A DNA stretch of 27,342 bases from Bermanella sp. (lineage in GTDB: Bacteria > Pseudomonadota > Gammaproteobacteria > Pseudomonadales > Oceanobacteraceae): NCBI GenBank assembly GCA_034111105.1, contig JAWUXY010000031.1:1-27342 (forward strand), read 5' to 3'. Numbering within the stretch: position 1 is the first letter of the stretch; every line of letters starts with the position of its first letter. Positions 7,853-17,656 of this stretch are shown here, piece after piece. Both the position numbers and the translations under genes were made by a program. Below the pieces are notes generated by a model. It saw only the letters and a program-made list of their open reading frames with translations. It was not told the origin of the DNA and did no database searches.

Positions 7853-8965
7853 ATGATGCCAAGGATGAAGCAGGACAACGGACTTTACTCGAATAAATAT
7901 GTAATTTTATCGGCGCTATTCTTTATATTATGCGCCATATTTTCGTCGTATGCCTTTTCTGAAACCCGAGTAGTGACATCAGATGTTCCCGGTTTTGGAT
8001 TGCCCCCTACCATGTATGCTGGCTTTTCTCGTCTATTAGATGACGAAAGTATCCTTGTACCCGAAGAGTTATTAGATGTTGATAAAAACATCAAACGTAT
8101 CGCATTTTATTTTAATGGCGATCGCCTGCATCGAAAAATCCCAAAACAAGTTCACTTAATGATTGAGAATAAATTGCTTGGCAAGTTCATGGGGTTAGGC
8201 CGATTTGAAGTGATCGATTGCATTGAGTGTCGTACTACCCGCGTTAATTTCGAAGACTCTCGTATGCTGATTAGCCAGAGTGCGCAAAGTAATCAGGACT
8301 TGCGTGATTTATCTAAAGATGTGCGAGCGGATGCTTTTTTGTTATGGAGCGCCAGTGTGCATGAAGACAAATTCACTATTAATTTACGATTAGTCAGCGC
8401 AAAAAGTAATGAATTAGTGTGGTTAAAAGAATATGCGAAAAAAACCACACGAGAACAAGAAGAGCTTGAATTTGAAAGTATTGAAATGGAAATGGTCGTC
8501 AGCTCATGGGGATTGGCCGCAGAGCGTGATGGCGTTGGAGCTGTCGAAGATGCCACGCTCAGTGGCGTGACCGCTTTTGGAATTCGACGCCGAGAATACA
8601 CCACTTTAAATAAGGATGTAGAATACAGTTTGGGCGTTGAATATTTTAGGAACTTCTCAAGCAGTGATGAATTTGATGTCAGTGGTTTTAATTTAGAAGG
8701 GCGAATATTTGTTAATATTTCTGCGTTAAAAGATTGGGTTAATACCAAAGCCTACGTAGGAATCGGCCAAGCCTTTTTCAGCGGCAGTCACGGTTTGATG
8801 ATGAAATTCGGTTTAGAGTTTCCATTTGTGACTAATGGCTTTATGGCGATTGGAGCCGTGTACTTGGTTAAAGAAGATGTTGAATGGGATAGTAATGCCG
8901 ATTATGAAGACAGCTCTGAATTTGGTGGTGCTGGTTTGGACTTAACCCTCGGCTATCGGTTCTAA
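7853..8965 (+). CDS. Signal-peptide protein with an outer-membrane beta-barrel-like C-terminal half (operon gene 1)
   Basis: The track starts at TTG 7832; in-frame ATGs occur at 7853, 7856 and 7865, so the start is uncertain. Leader VILSALFFILCAIFSSYAFS|ETR. The C-terminal ~150 aa show alternating hydrophobic/polar strands and end in ...LDLTLGYRF, the terminal aromatic typical of OMPs. The N-terminal half contains DAFLLWSASVHEDKFTINLRLVSAKSNELVW, reminiscent of TolB-N/LpoB/CsgG/FlgO-type folds (weak). Confidence 0.7.
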   Translation: MMPRMKQDNGLYSNKYVILSALFFILCAIFSSYAFSETRVVTSDVPGFGLPPTMYAGFSRLLDDESILVPEELLDVDKNIKRIAFYFNGDRLHRKIPKQVHLMIENKLLGKFMGLGRFEVIDCIECRTTRVNFEDSRMLISQSAQSNQDLRDLSKDVRADAFLLWSASVHEDKFTINLRLVSAKSNELVWLKEYAKKTTREQEELEFESIEMEMVVSSWGLAAERDGVGAVEDATLSGVTAFGIRRREYTTLNKDVEYSLGVEYFRNFSSSDEFDVSGFNLEGRIFVNISALKDWVNTKAYVGIGQAFFSGSHGLMMKFGLEFPFVTNGFMAIGAVYLVKEDVEWDSNADYEDSSEFGGAGLDLTLGYRF

Positions 8966-8975
8966 GGAATAAAAT

Positions 8976-9605
8976 ATGAAAACCATTTTATTACTCCTGT
9001 TTATAATGGTCGCTTGTTTAAGTGGCTGCTCGATTGAACAGCTGGCCATGGAAAAGGATCCATTTATGGAACAAAAACCAGCAGAAGATATCGATCCTTT
9101 AAATTCAGAGAGTGCGGAATACGCAAAAAACAATCATGGCGTTGTGAATATACACCGCCATGGCCCAGGTTATGACGTCATGATGATGCTGAACGCAGGC
9201 GAAAGCGATATTATCTTCAGCATGGATTTACCTGTAGGTGGCGCAACCTATATGCCAGAAATTTCAGAGCAAATGAAAGCACATCGAAAAAAAGGGAAGG
9301 GTTCTAATAACGCTGAAGAAGAGAATGATTTTTTTAATGAAAAAGCCTTATCACTTTTCTCTGATGCGACAAAACATATGCTCAGTGCACAGGCTTTGTT
9401 TTATCGTAAATCGTATTGGAAAGCACTCGAGCAAACGAACAAAGCAATGTCTCTAGTGCCGGCGTCTGCACAGGCTTATGCTTTGAAAGGCAGTATTTAT
9501 TACAAAATGGGCCGTAAAAAAGAAGCCAAAGTATCATGGCAGCAAGCATTGCAATTAGACCCTTCTTTAACGGAAGTTAAAGAGAGTTTAAAGCTCGTTA
9601 AGTAG
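8976..9605 (+). CDS. TPR-repeat lipoprotein (operon gene 2)
   Basis: AAGGA Shine-Dalgarno 10 nt after the gene 1 stop. Lipobox MVACLSGC. The C-terminus AQALFYRKSYWKALEQTNKAMSLVPASAQAYALKGSIYYKMGRKKEAKVSWQQALQLDP reads as about two TPR units. Confidence 0.75.
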   Translation: MKTILLLLFIMVACLSGCSIEQLAMEKDPFMEQKPAEDIDPLNSESAEYAKNNHGVVNIHRHGPGYDVMMMLNAGESDIIFSMDLPVGGATYMPEISEQMKAHRKKGKGSNNAEEENDFFNEKALSLFSDATKHMLSAQALFYRKSYWKALEQTNKAMSLVPASAQAYALKGSIYYKMGRKKEAKVSWQQALQLDPSLTEVKESLKLVK

Positions 9606-9614
9606 GGAATATCT

Positions 9615-11555
9615 ATGCTGAAAAAATATGGATTATTATGGGTAGTGTTAGCCAGTTTATCGTTAATAGCGCAGGCCGCGACGAACACGCCTGTTGAAGT
9701 ACAAACAAAAACCGATGACTTAGAAGAGCTACAGCTTAAATCACAACTAGAAGATAGTCTGGCTCGTGATATTCAGTCTTATCTTGGCCATAATCGATTT
9801 ATTGTCAACGTGAAAGTAAACCTTGAAAAAATTCGCCAAGTTATTAAAACAAAATCAAAACAATCAACACCATTATCTAAAACATACCAACCTACTTTTT
9901 TGCCAAAGCTCACGTTTCCTAATGCAGTTGAAGATGATACTTATGAGGTAGAAAGCTTACCCGGGTTGCCCTTTGTTGATATTCCGGGCGATAAAGAAAA
10001 AGACGCTGAACTGAAGTTTATGCGAGAACAGGTTGAACGTTTACAGCAAGAACAGCGTCAACCACGTTGGCAGGATAGAGAAAACGAAGATGCAAGCGGT
10101 AATGGTGGCTCAGAAGAAACCGTAGGGGTATTTAATCGTATTGCTAAACTAATGGTTACATTAGCGGTTGAAGAAAATGTGAGTGCAGAGCAAGAAGCTT
10201 TTTTAAGAAATTTAGTTTACCAAAAAGCGTCGCTTAATGACTTACGGGGTGATGAGCTTAAAATTATTAGAACACAGTTTTCCAGTATCCCTATAACGGA
10301 AAAAGAAAAGGAACAAATTGCGTCGCCGTTTTCTGATGAGTCAGCGCCGGCACAAAATTGGATGGATGAAAATTTCAATGCGCTATTGTTAGGGTTGTTA
10401 AGTTTATTAGCATTACTGCTAATTAGTTTGATTGTGTTATCAATGCGTAAAAAATCACAACCAAGCGAAGCACAAAATATGTCATCCAGTGACATATCAC
10501 ATACACCTAATGTGTTAGCCACTCCTGAAGCGGAAGGCCCAGACAGTAAGCTCATCATGCAAAAAACTCGGCAAGATATTATATCGCTCGGTTTAGGTCA
10601 GCCTCAGCATGTTCAAGGCACAATGGACCAATTATTGAGCCAAGAAGAAAAAATACCCATGGCGGCGTCTATTTATAAAGTATTGGGTCGCAGCTTGTTT
10701 CGCTCTATTTTTCCTAATATTGAGCAATTTCAGTTGCAAAGTATCATGGCTCACTTAGCCGATCAGCCGCCGGATGACGATCAGCAATTTCAAGACACTC
10801 AAGATTTTTATCAATTATTGCAAAAATCCGTGCAAGAAACAGCAGAAGTAAAATCGCACCCTTTTGAATTTTTAGGCAAATTAAATGACAGCCAAGTTTT
10901 GTATTTGATGCAACATGAAGATGCTCGCATTCAAGCTTTGGTGATTAGTCAACTGCAAGCGCAGCAAGCCGCGCGAGTACTCAATCGCATTAATGAAAAA
11001 CGCCAAGCCCAAGTCATTGCAGAGTTAGGCCAGTTTGAAACATTCCCGTTGGATACCTTTAAAGATGTCGCCGATCGTTTAGCTAAATCTGCATTAAACG
11101 TCCCTAGCTTTGAAAACGTTAATGCTGATGGTTTGCATATGTTAATGAACATGTTGGATAACATGAATTCAACCGAAGAGAACAAAGTATTAAAACGCTT
11201 AAAGCAAGATAAGCCGGATACGTTTTATAAGCTGCGCCAACAATATTTTACCTTTGCAGATGTTGTTAAAACCCCAAGACAAATTCTTAGTAACGCACTG
11301 CGTGAAGTGGAGCGCAGTTTCATTGGCCGTGCGATTTGTGGTACTCCTGATGATTTTAAAATTCATGTGTTGTCATCATTGACGCCCAAGTTGAAAGCCT
11401 TAGCAAAAGAGGACTTAAAGCGTTATGAAGGGCGCATTGGTGCCAAAGATGTGGAATCTGCTCGTAAAGCGATTGTGCATAAGTTGCGTGAGTATATTCA
11501 TACGGGCAAATTCTCTATGGACGAACTGCAAGTCAAAAAGCAGGCTGAGTCATGA
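9615..11555 (+). CDS. FliF-like/FliG-like fusion membrane protein (operon gene 3)
   Basis: 646 aa. N-terminal signal or anchor LLWVVLASLSLIAQA. Periplasmic segments LEDSLARDIQSYLGHNRFIVNVKVNL and IAKLMVTLAVEENVSAEQEAFLRNLVYQKASLNDLRGDELKIIRTQF resemble FliF/YscJ ring-building motifs (compare FliF IKRLSVAVVV...RGDTLNVV..F). TM helix LLLGLLSLLALLLISLIVLSM. The cytoplasmic ~355 aa resemble FliG N/M/C, e.g. VLYLMQHEDARIQALVISQLQAQQAARVLNRINEKRQAQVIAEL and YFTFADVVKTPRQILSNALREVERSFIGRAICGTPDDFKIHVLSSLTPKLKALAKEDLKRYEGRIGAKDVESARKAIVHKLRE. Coding is near certain; the domain assignment is by eye. Confidence 0.75.
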   Translation: MLKKYGLLWVVLASLSLIAQAATNTPVEVQTKTDDLEELQLKSQLEDSLARDIQSYLGHNRFIVNVKVNLEKIRQVIKTKSKQSTPLSKTYQPTFLPKLTFPNAVEDDTYEVESLPGLPFVDIPGDKEKDAELKFMREQVERLQQEQRQPRWQDRENEDASGNGGSEETVGVFNRIAKLMVTLAVEENVSAEQEAFLRNLVYQKASLNDLRGDELKIIRTQFSSIPITEKEKEQIASPFSDESAPAQNWMDENFNALLLGLLSLLALLLISLIVLSMRKKSQPSEAQNMSSSDISHTPNVLATPEAEGPDSKLIMQKTRQDIISLGLGQPQHVQGTMDQLLSQEEKIPMAASIYKVLGRSLFRSIFPNIEQFQLQSIMAHLADQPPDDDQQFQDTQDFYQLLQKSVQETAEVKSHPFEFLGKLNDSQVLYLMQHEDARIQALVISQLQAQQAARVLNRINEKRQAQVIAELGQFETFPLDTFKDVADRLAKSALNVPSFENVNADGLHMLMNMLDNMNSTEENKVLKRLKQDKPDTFYKLRQQYFTFADVVKTPRQILSNALREVERSFIGRAICGTPDDFKIHVLSSLTPKLKALAKEDLKRYEGRIGAKDVESARKAIVHKLREYIHTGKFSMDELQVKKQAES

Positions 11556-12349
11556 TTAGTTTTAGTACGCTCATTGGTATCACAGCAGGTATTGGCTTAT
11601 TTGTTTTGGCCATTGCCAGTAGTACAGATAACTACATGATGTTTTTAAATCTTGCCAGCGCCATGATGGTGATCGGCAGTACGTTTGCAGCATCGCTCAT
11701 TAGCTTTAGTTTTTTAGAAGTGATGCACGCTGTGAAAGCCATGTTTCAAACGCTTGCGGCTGGGCATACGACACAAGTGCATTTACGCGACCTAGTAAAG
11801 CGCTTTGTGGAATTTAGCCGCATTTATCGTGATGGTGGTATTTCTGCCTTAGAAGATAGTTTAAGCAATAAAGAAAAAAATGATGATTTCTTGTCGTTAG
11901 GGCTAGAGCTAATGGGCTCGGGTTACAAGCAAAGTGATATCCGTGTGATTATGGGGGATGCCATGGACAGCCATTGGCAGCGCCAAAGTCTAGAAGGTAA
12001 AATCCTTAATACCATGGGCATTTATGCACCCGGCTTTGGCATGGTGGGCACCATTGTTGGTTTGATTATCATGCTGGATAACATGGGCGATGATATGGCC
12101 AATCTAGGCAAAGGGTTAGCGTTGGCGTTAATTACGACGCTTTATGGAGTGTTACTCGCTAATCTTTTGTTTAAACCCACTGCGGCGCAAGTGACAGAGA
12201 AACAAGAGCAAGAGTATTTCCGTAATCAATTAATAACCGATGGTTTTGTATTACTGGCTGAAAAAAAGGACGCACTTGTAATGCAAGATCGCCTTAATGC
12301 GTATGTGAAACCCAACAAACGCTTCACCATAGTCGAAACCAATGAGTGA
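11552..12349 (+). CDS. MotA/PomA-type stator channel subunit (MotA/TolQ/ExbB family; operon gene 4)
   Basis: ATGA start/stop overlap with gene 3. Four hydrophobic helices with a ~100-aa loop between TM2 and TM3. YAPGFGMVGTIVGLIIML...GLALALITTLYGVLLANLLFKP is the MotA/PomA core with both conserved prolines. The loop YRDGGISALED parallels PomA ARREGLLSLED. Confidence 0.9.
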   Translation: MISFSTLIGITAGIGLFVLAIASSTDNYMMFLNLASAMMVIGSTFAASLISFSFLEVMHAVKAMFQTLAAGHTTQVHLRDLVKRFVEFSRIYRDGGISALEDSLSNKEKNDDFLSLGLELMGSGYKQSDIRVIMGDAMDSHWQRQSLEGKILNTMGIYAPGFGMVGTIVGLIIMLDNMGDDMANLGKGLALALITTLYGVLLANLLFKPTAAQVTEKQEQEYFRNQLITDGFVLLAEKKDALVMQDRLNAYVKPNKRFTIVETNE

Positions 12350-13022
12350 CAAGACTTACAAGCGAGGCTTAAGGCGTCGCCGTGCTACGTTTGATGCTGA
12401 CGGTGAAGGTTGGTTAGTAACCTATGCCGATGCCATTACATTGCTACTGGCGTTTTTTGTGATGATTCTTTCGGTATCGGATCTCAATCAAGGCAAGATC
12501 GAAGCCTTAAAAGAAGGCTTAGCGAGCATTATCTCAGGCAAGCAAGCTCAAACCCCGTTTAACGATATTAAAGACGCGCTGGATGACATTGTTAAGCAGC
12601 ACGGCATGCAAGACTATGTGGCGGTTGATATCGATATGAAGGGGGTTCGGGTTGAATTCTCTAATTTCTCTTTATATCAGTCAGGCAGTGCCGCAATTAA
12701 ACCCGAAGCCTTGCCCATGCTGGCTGAGGTCACAAGAGTTATTAAAGACACCAGTTCATCGACGCACCTCATCGAAATAGAAGGACACACAGACGATGTG
12801 CCCATACATACCGAGCGCTTCCCTTCGAACTGGGAACTCAGCGCTTCGCGCGCCAGTAATGTGGTCAAATACCTTTTGGGCAAGGGCGTTGATAAAGAGC
12901 GATTGAAGGCGTCAGGTTACGCCGACTCTCGCCCTAAGGCTGTACTTGAGCCGGGGCAGGCTTTTACTGAAGACGACAGGGCGGCCAACAGGCGAGTCGT
13001 TATTTATGTAAAGCGTTACTAA
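12342..13022 (+). CDS. MotB/OmpA-type stator anchor subunit (operon gene 5)
   Basis: 8-nt overlap with gene 4. GWLVTYADAITLLLAFFVMIL is the MotB TM with the conserved Asp. The C-terminal OmpA-like peptidoglycan-binding domain includes IEGHTDDVP, NWELSASRASNVVKYL and NRRVVIYV. Confidence 0.9.
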   Translation: MSDKTYKRGLRRRRATFDADGEGWLVTYADAITLLLAFFVMILSVSDLNQGKIEALKEGLASIISGKQAQTPFNDIKDALDDIVKQHGMQDYVAVDIDMKGVRVEFSNFSLYQSGSAAIKPEALPMLAEVTRVIKDTSSSTHLIEIEGHTDDVPIHTERFPSNWELSASRASNVVKYLLGKGVDKERLKASGYADSRPKAVLEPGQAFTEDDRAANRRVVIYVKRY

Positions 13023-13050
13023 CATCTATAAAACCCGTAACTCCTATTTC

Positions 13051-13084
13051 AGGCCCTATGTGAAAGCATAGGGCTGTTTTTTTG
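13051..13084 (+). terminator. Rho-independent terminator of the five-gene operon
   Basis: gccctatg (13053-13060), loop tgaaag, catagggc (13067-13074), then a T7 run (13077-13083). Confidence 0.75.
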
Positions 13085-13310
13085 ATGGGTAGTTTTTGCT
13101 TGGTCTGCCATAGGAATTCTTTTGTATTTTGCTCCATTATTTGAGCGATCAACAGATTACTTAATGACCGATTTATTGCTTTTAGTTGTGCAGTTATAAG
13201 TAAAAAGTACTCGGTTACTAGGTGATGGGTTTATAGCAGGTGCCTAAAGTGGCGAATGATGACTATCTCGCCTGAAAAATAGACTATTCTGAATATTATG
13301 AAAAAGATGA

Positions 13311-15077
<1,767 letters not shown>

Positions 15078-15102
15078 ATTTTTACGATTAACCGTTATTT
15101 GA

Positions 15103-16419
<1,317 letters not shown>

Positions 16420-16451
16420 ACGCTACTTGCGTTGTTGAAATGCAGTTAAAA

Positions 16452-16499
16452 ACTTAGGTAGGTTGTTTCAAATGCAAGCGTCGACCTAAGTGTTTTTTT
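16452..16499 (+). terminator. Probable eno terminator (long-loop hairpin plus T-run)
   Basis: acttaggt (16452-16459) pairs with acctaagt (16484-16491) around a 24-nt partly self-complementary loop. T7 run at 16493-16499. Confidence 0.55.
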
Positions 16500-16553
16500 A
16501 CTCTGTTTCAACTGCCTACGTGATGCACAAAGTGTATCGTGAGTAGTGAACAT

Positions 16554-16579
16554 AAAAGGGAAACTTAGGTTTCCCTTTT
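16554..16579. terminator. Second strong hairpin in the eno-ftsB spacer (back-up terminator or structured RNA element)
   Basis: aaaagggaaac (16554-16564), loop ttag, gtttccctttt (16569-16579). The flanking atgcacaaag (16523-16532) can pair with cttttgtgcat (16575-16585) as an alternative outer stem. Confidence 0.35.
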
Positions 16580-16656
16580 GTGCATTTAGAATGATGTAAT
16601 GCACTATTGTATGAGGGTGCCTTGCGCCCGATCTATAATCGGATAACGATAATAAT

Positions 16657-16968
16657 ATGGCCTTTTCTGATTCATTTAAACAACACGCCTGGAAACCGTT
16701 TGCGTTAGTCATTTTTATTTGGCTGCAATATCAATTGTGGTTTGATGATACCGGTGTGTTCGCTAACTATGCTTTAAAAGATCAGATCGAAAACCAAGAA
16801 GAATTAAATCGTGCCAGCAAAGCACGTAACCAAGTATTAGAAGAAGAAATTTGGGCCATTAAATCAGGTATGGATACGATCGAAGCAAAAGCCCGTAAAG
16901 AGTTGGGTATGGTTAAAAAAGATGAAACCTTTTTTATCATAGTCGATCCGGAAAACAAACATGAGTGA
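16657..16968 (+). CDS. ftsB: Cell division protein FtsB
   Basis: 103 aa. IWLQYQLWFDDTGV...KARNQVLEEEIWAIKSGMDTIEAKARKELGMVKKDETFF parallels E. coli FtsB (VWLQYSLWFGKNG...KARNDQL...ERARNELSMVKPGETFY). Confidence 0.9.
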   Translation: MAFSDSFKQHAWKPFALVIFIWLQYQLWFDDTGVFANYALKDQIENQEELNRASKARNQVLEEEIWAIKSGMDTIEAKARKELGMVKKDETFFIIVDPENKHE

Positions 16969-17656
16969 TAAACTTTACGCTGTTGTTCCCGCCGCTGGGA
17001 TTGGTTCACGCATGCAAGCGGATCGTCCTAAGCAATATTTATCCCTTCTGAATAAAACCATTTTAGAGCATACGCTTAATCAGTTATTAGGGTTTTCTGC
17101 GTTTAAAAAAATAGTTTTGCCCATTGCCGAGCATGATGAATATTTTGCCAAGCTTGATATTGCGCGCCACCCAAAAGTGGGTACGTGTCTAGGCGGTGCT
17201 GAACGTTTTGAATCGGTATTAAGCGGTCTTAAACACTTATTAGAAACAGGCGCAAGCGAAGATGATTGGGTGATGGTGCATGATGTTGCACGTCCTTGTA
17301 TAACCCAACAAGACTTGCAGTCATTGTTTGACCAACGTAATCAACACGGTGCGATTCTAGGCATGCAAGTGCGCGACACAATGAAACGTTGTGATGACAA
17401 GGGACATATTGTAAAAACCGTTAGCCGTGAATATTTATGGCATGCATTAACCCCACAAATGGCGCCCATTGGTTTATTAAAAGCATGCATCGAAACCTGT
17501 ATAACGAATCAACATAACATTACCGATGAAGCCAGCGCGTTAGAATATTGTGGCCATCAACCGATTATGGTGGCAGGCCACCCCAGTAACATTAAAGTGA
17601 CGCGCCCTGATGATTTAATGATGGCGCAGGTATTCTTACAGGAAATTCAATTATGA
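16961..17656 (+). CDS. ispD: 2-C-methyl-D-erythritol 4-phosphate cytidylyltransferase
   Basis: [12 protein letters not shown] nucleotide-binding motif, [10 protein letters not shown], and conserved position after ftsB (8-nt overlap). Confidence 0.95.
   Translation: MSDKLYAVVPAAGIGSRMQADRPKQYLSLLNKTILEHTLNQLLGFSAFKKIVLPIAEHDEYFAKLDIARHPKVGTCLGGAERFESVLSGLKHLLETGASEDDWVMVHDVARPCITQQDLQSLFDQRNQHGAILGMQVRDTMKRCDDKGHIVKTVSREYLWHALTPQMAPIGLLKACIETCITNQHNITDEASALEYCGHQPIMVAGHPSNIKVTRPDDLMMAQVFLQEIQL

Noticed and set aside
11552-13022. MotAB-like pair as a Zorya-type anti-phage defence system.
   Set aside because: ZorA proteins are much longer, with an extended C-terminal tail, and are accompanied by ZorC/ZorD or ZorE-type effectors. 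Here the MotA-like protein is 265 aa, no nuclease or helicase gene is present, the partner is FliG-like, and the flanks are housekeeping genes.
7853-13022. The locus as a decayed remnant of a flagellar gene cluster or a Tol-Pal paralog.
   Set aside because: All five ORFs are intact, tightly coupled and terminator-bounded, with no pseudogene debris. TolQ/TolR-type proteins differ in topology and lack the OmpA domain. This cannot be fully excluded without comparative genomics.
16446-16712. 88-aa minus-strand ORF covering the eno-ftsB spacer.
   Set aside because: It spans both terminator hairpins and runs antisense into the ftsB start, with no supporting motif. The region is better explained as structured non-coding sequence.
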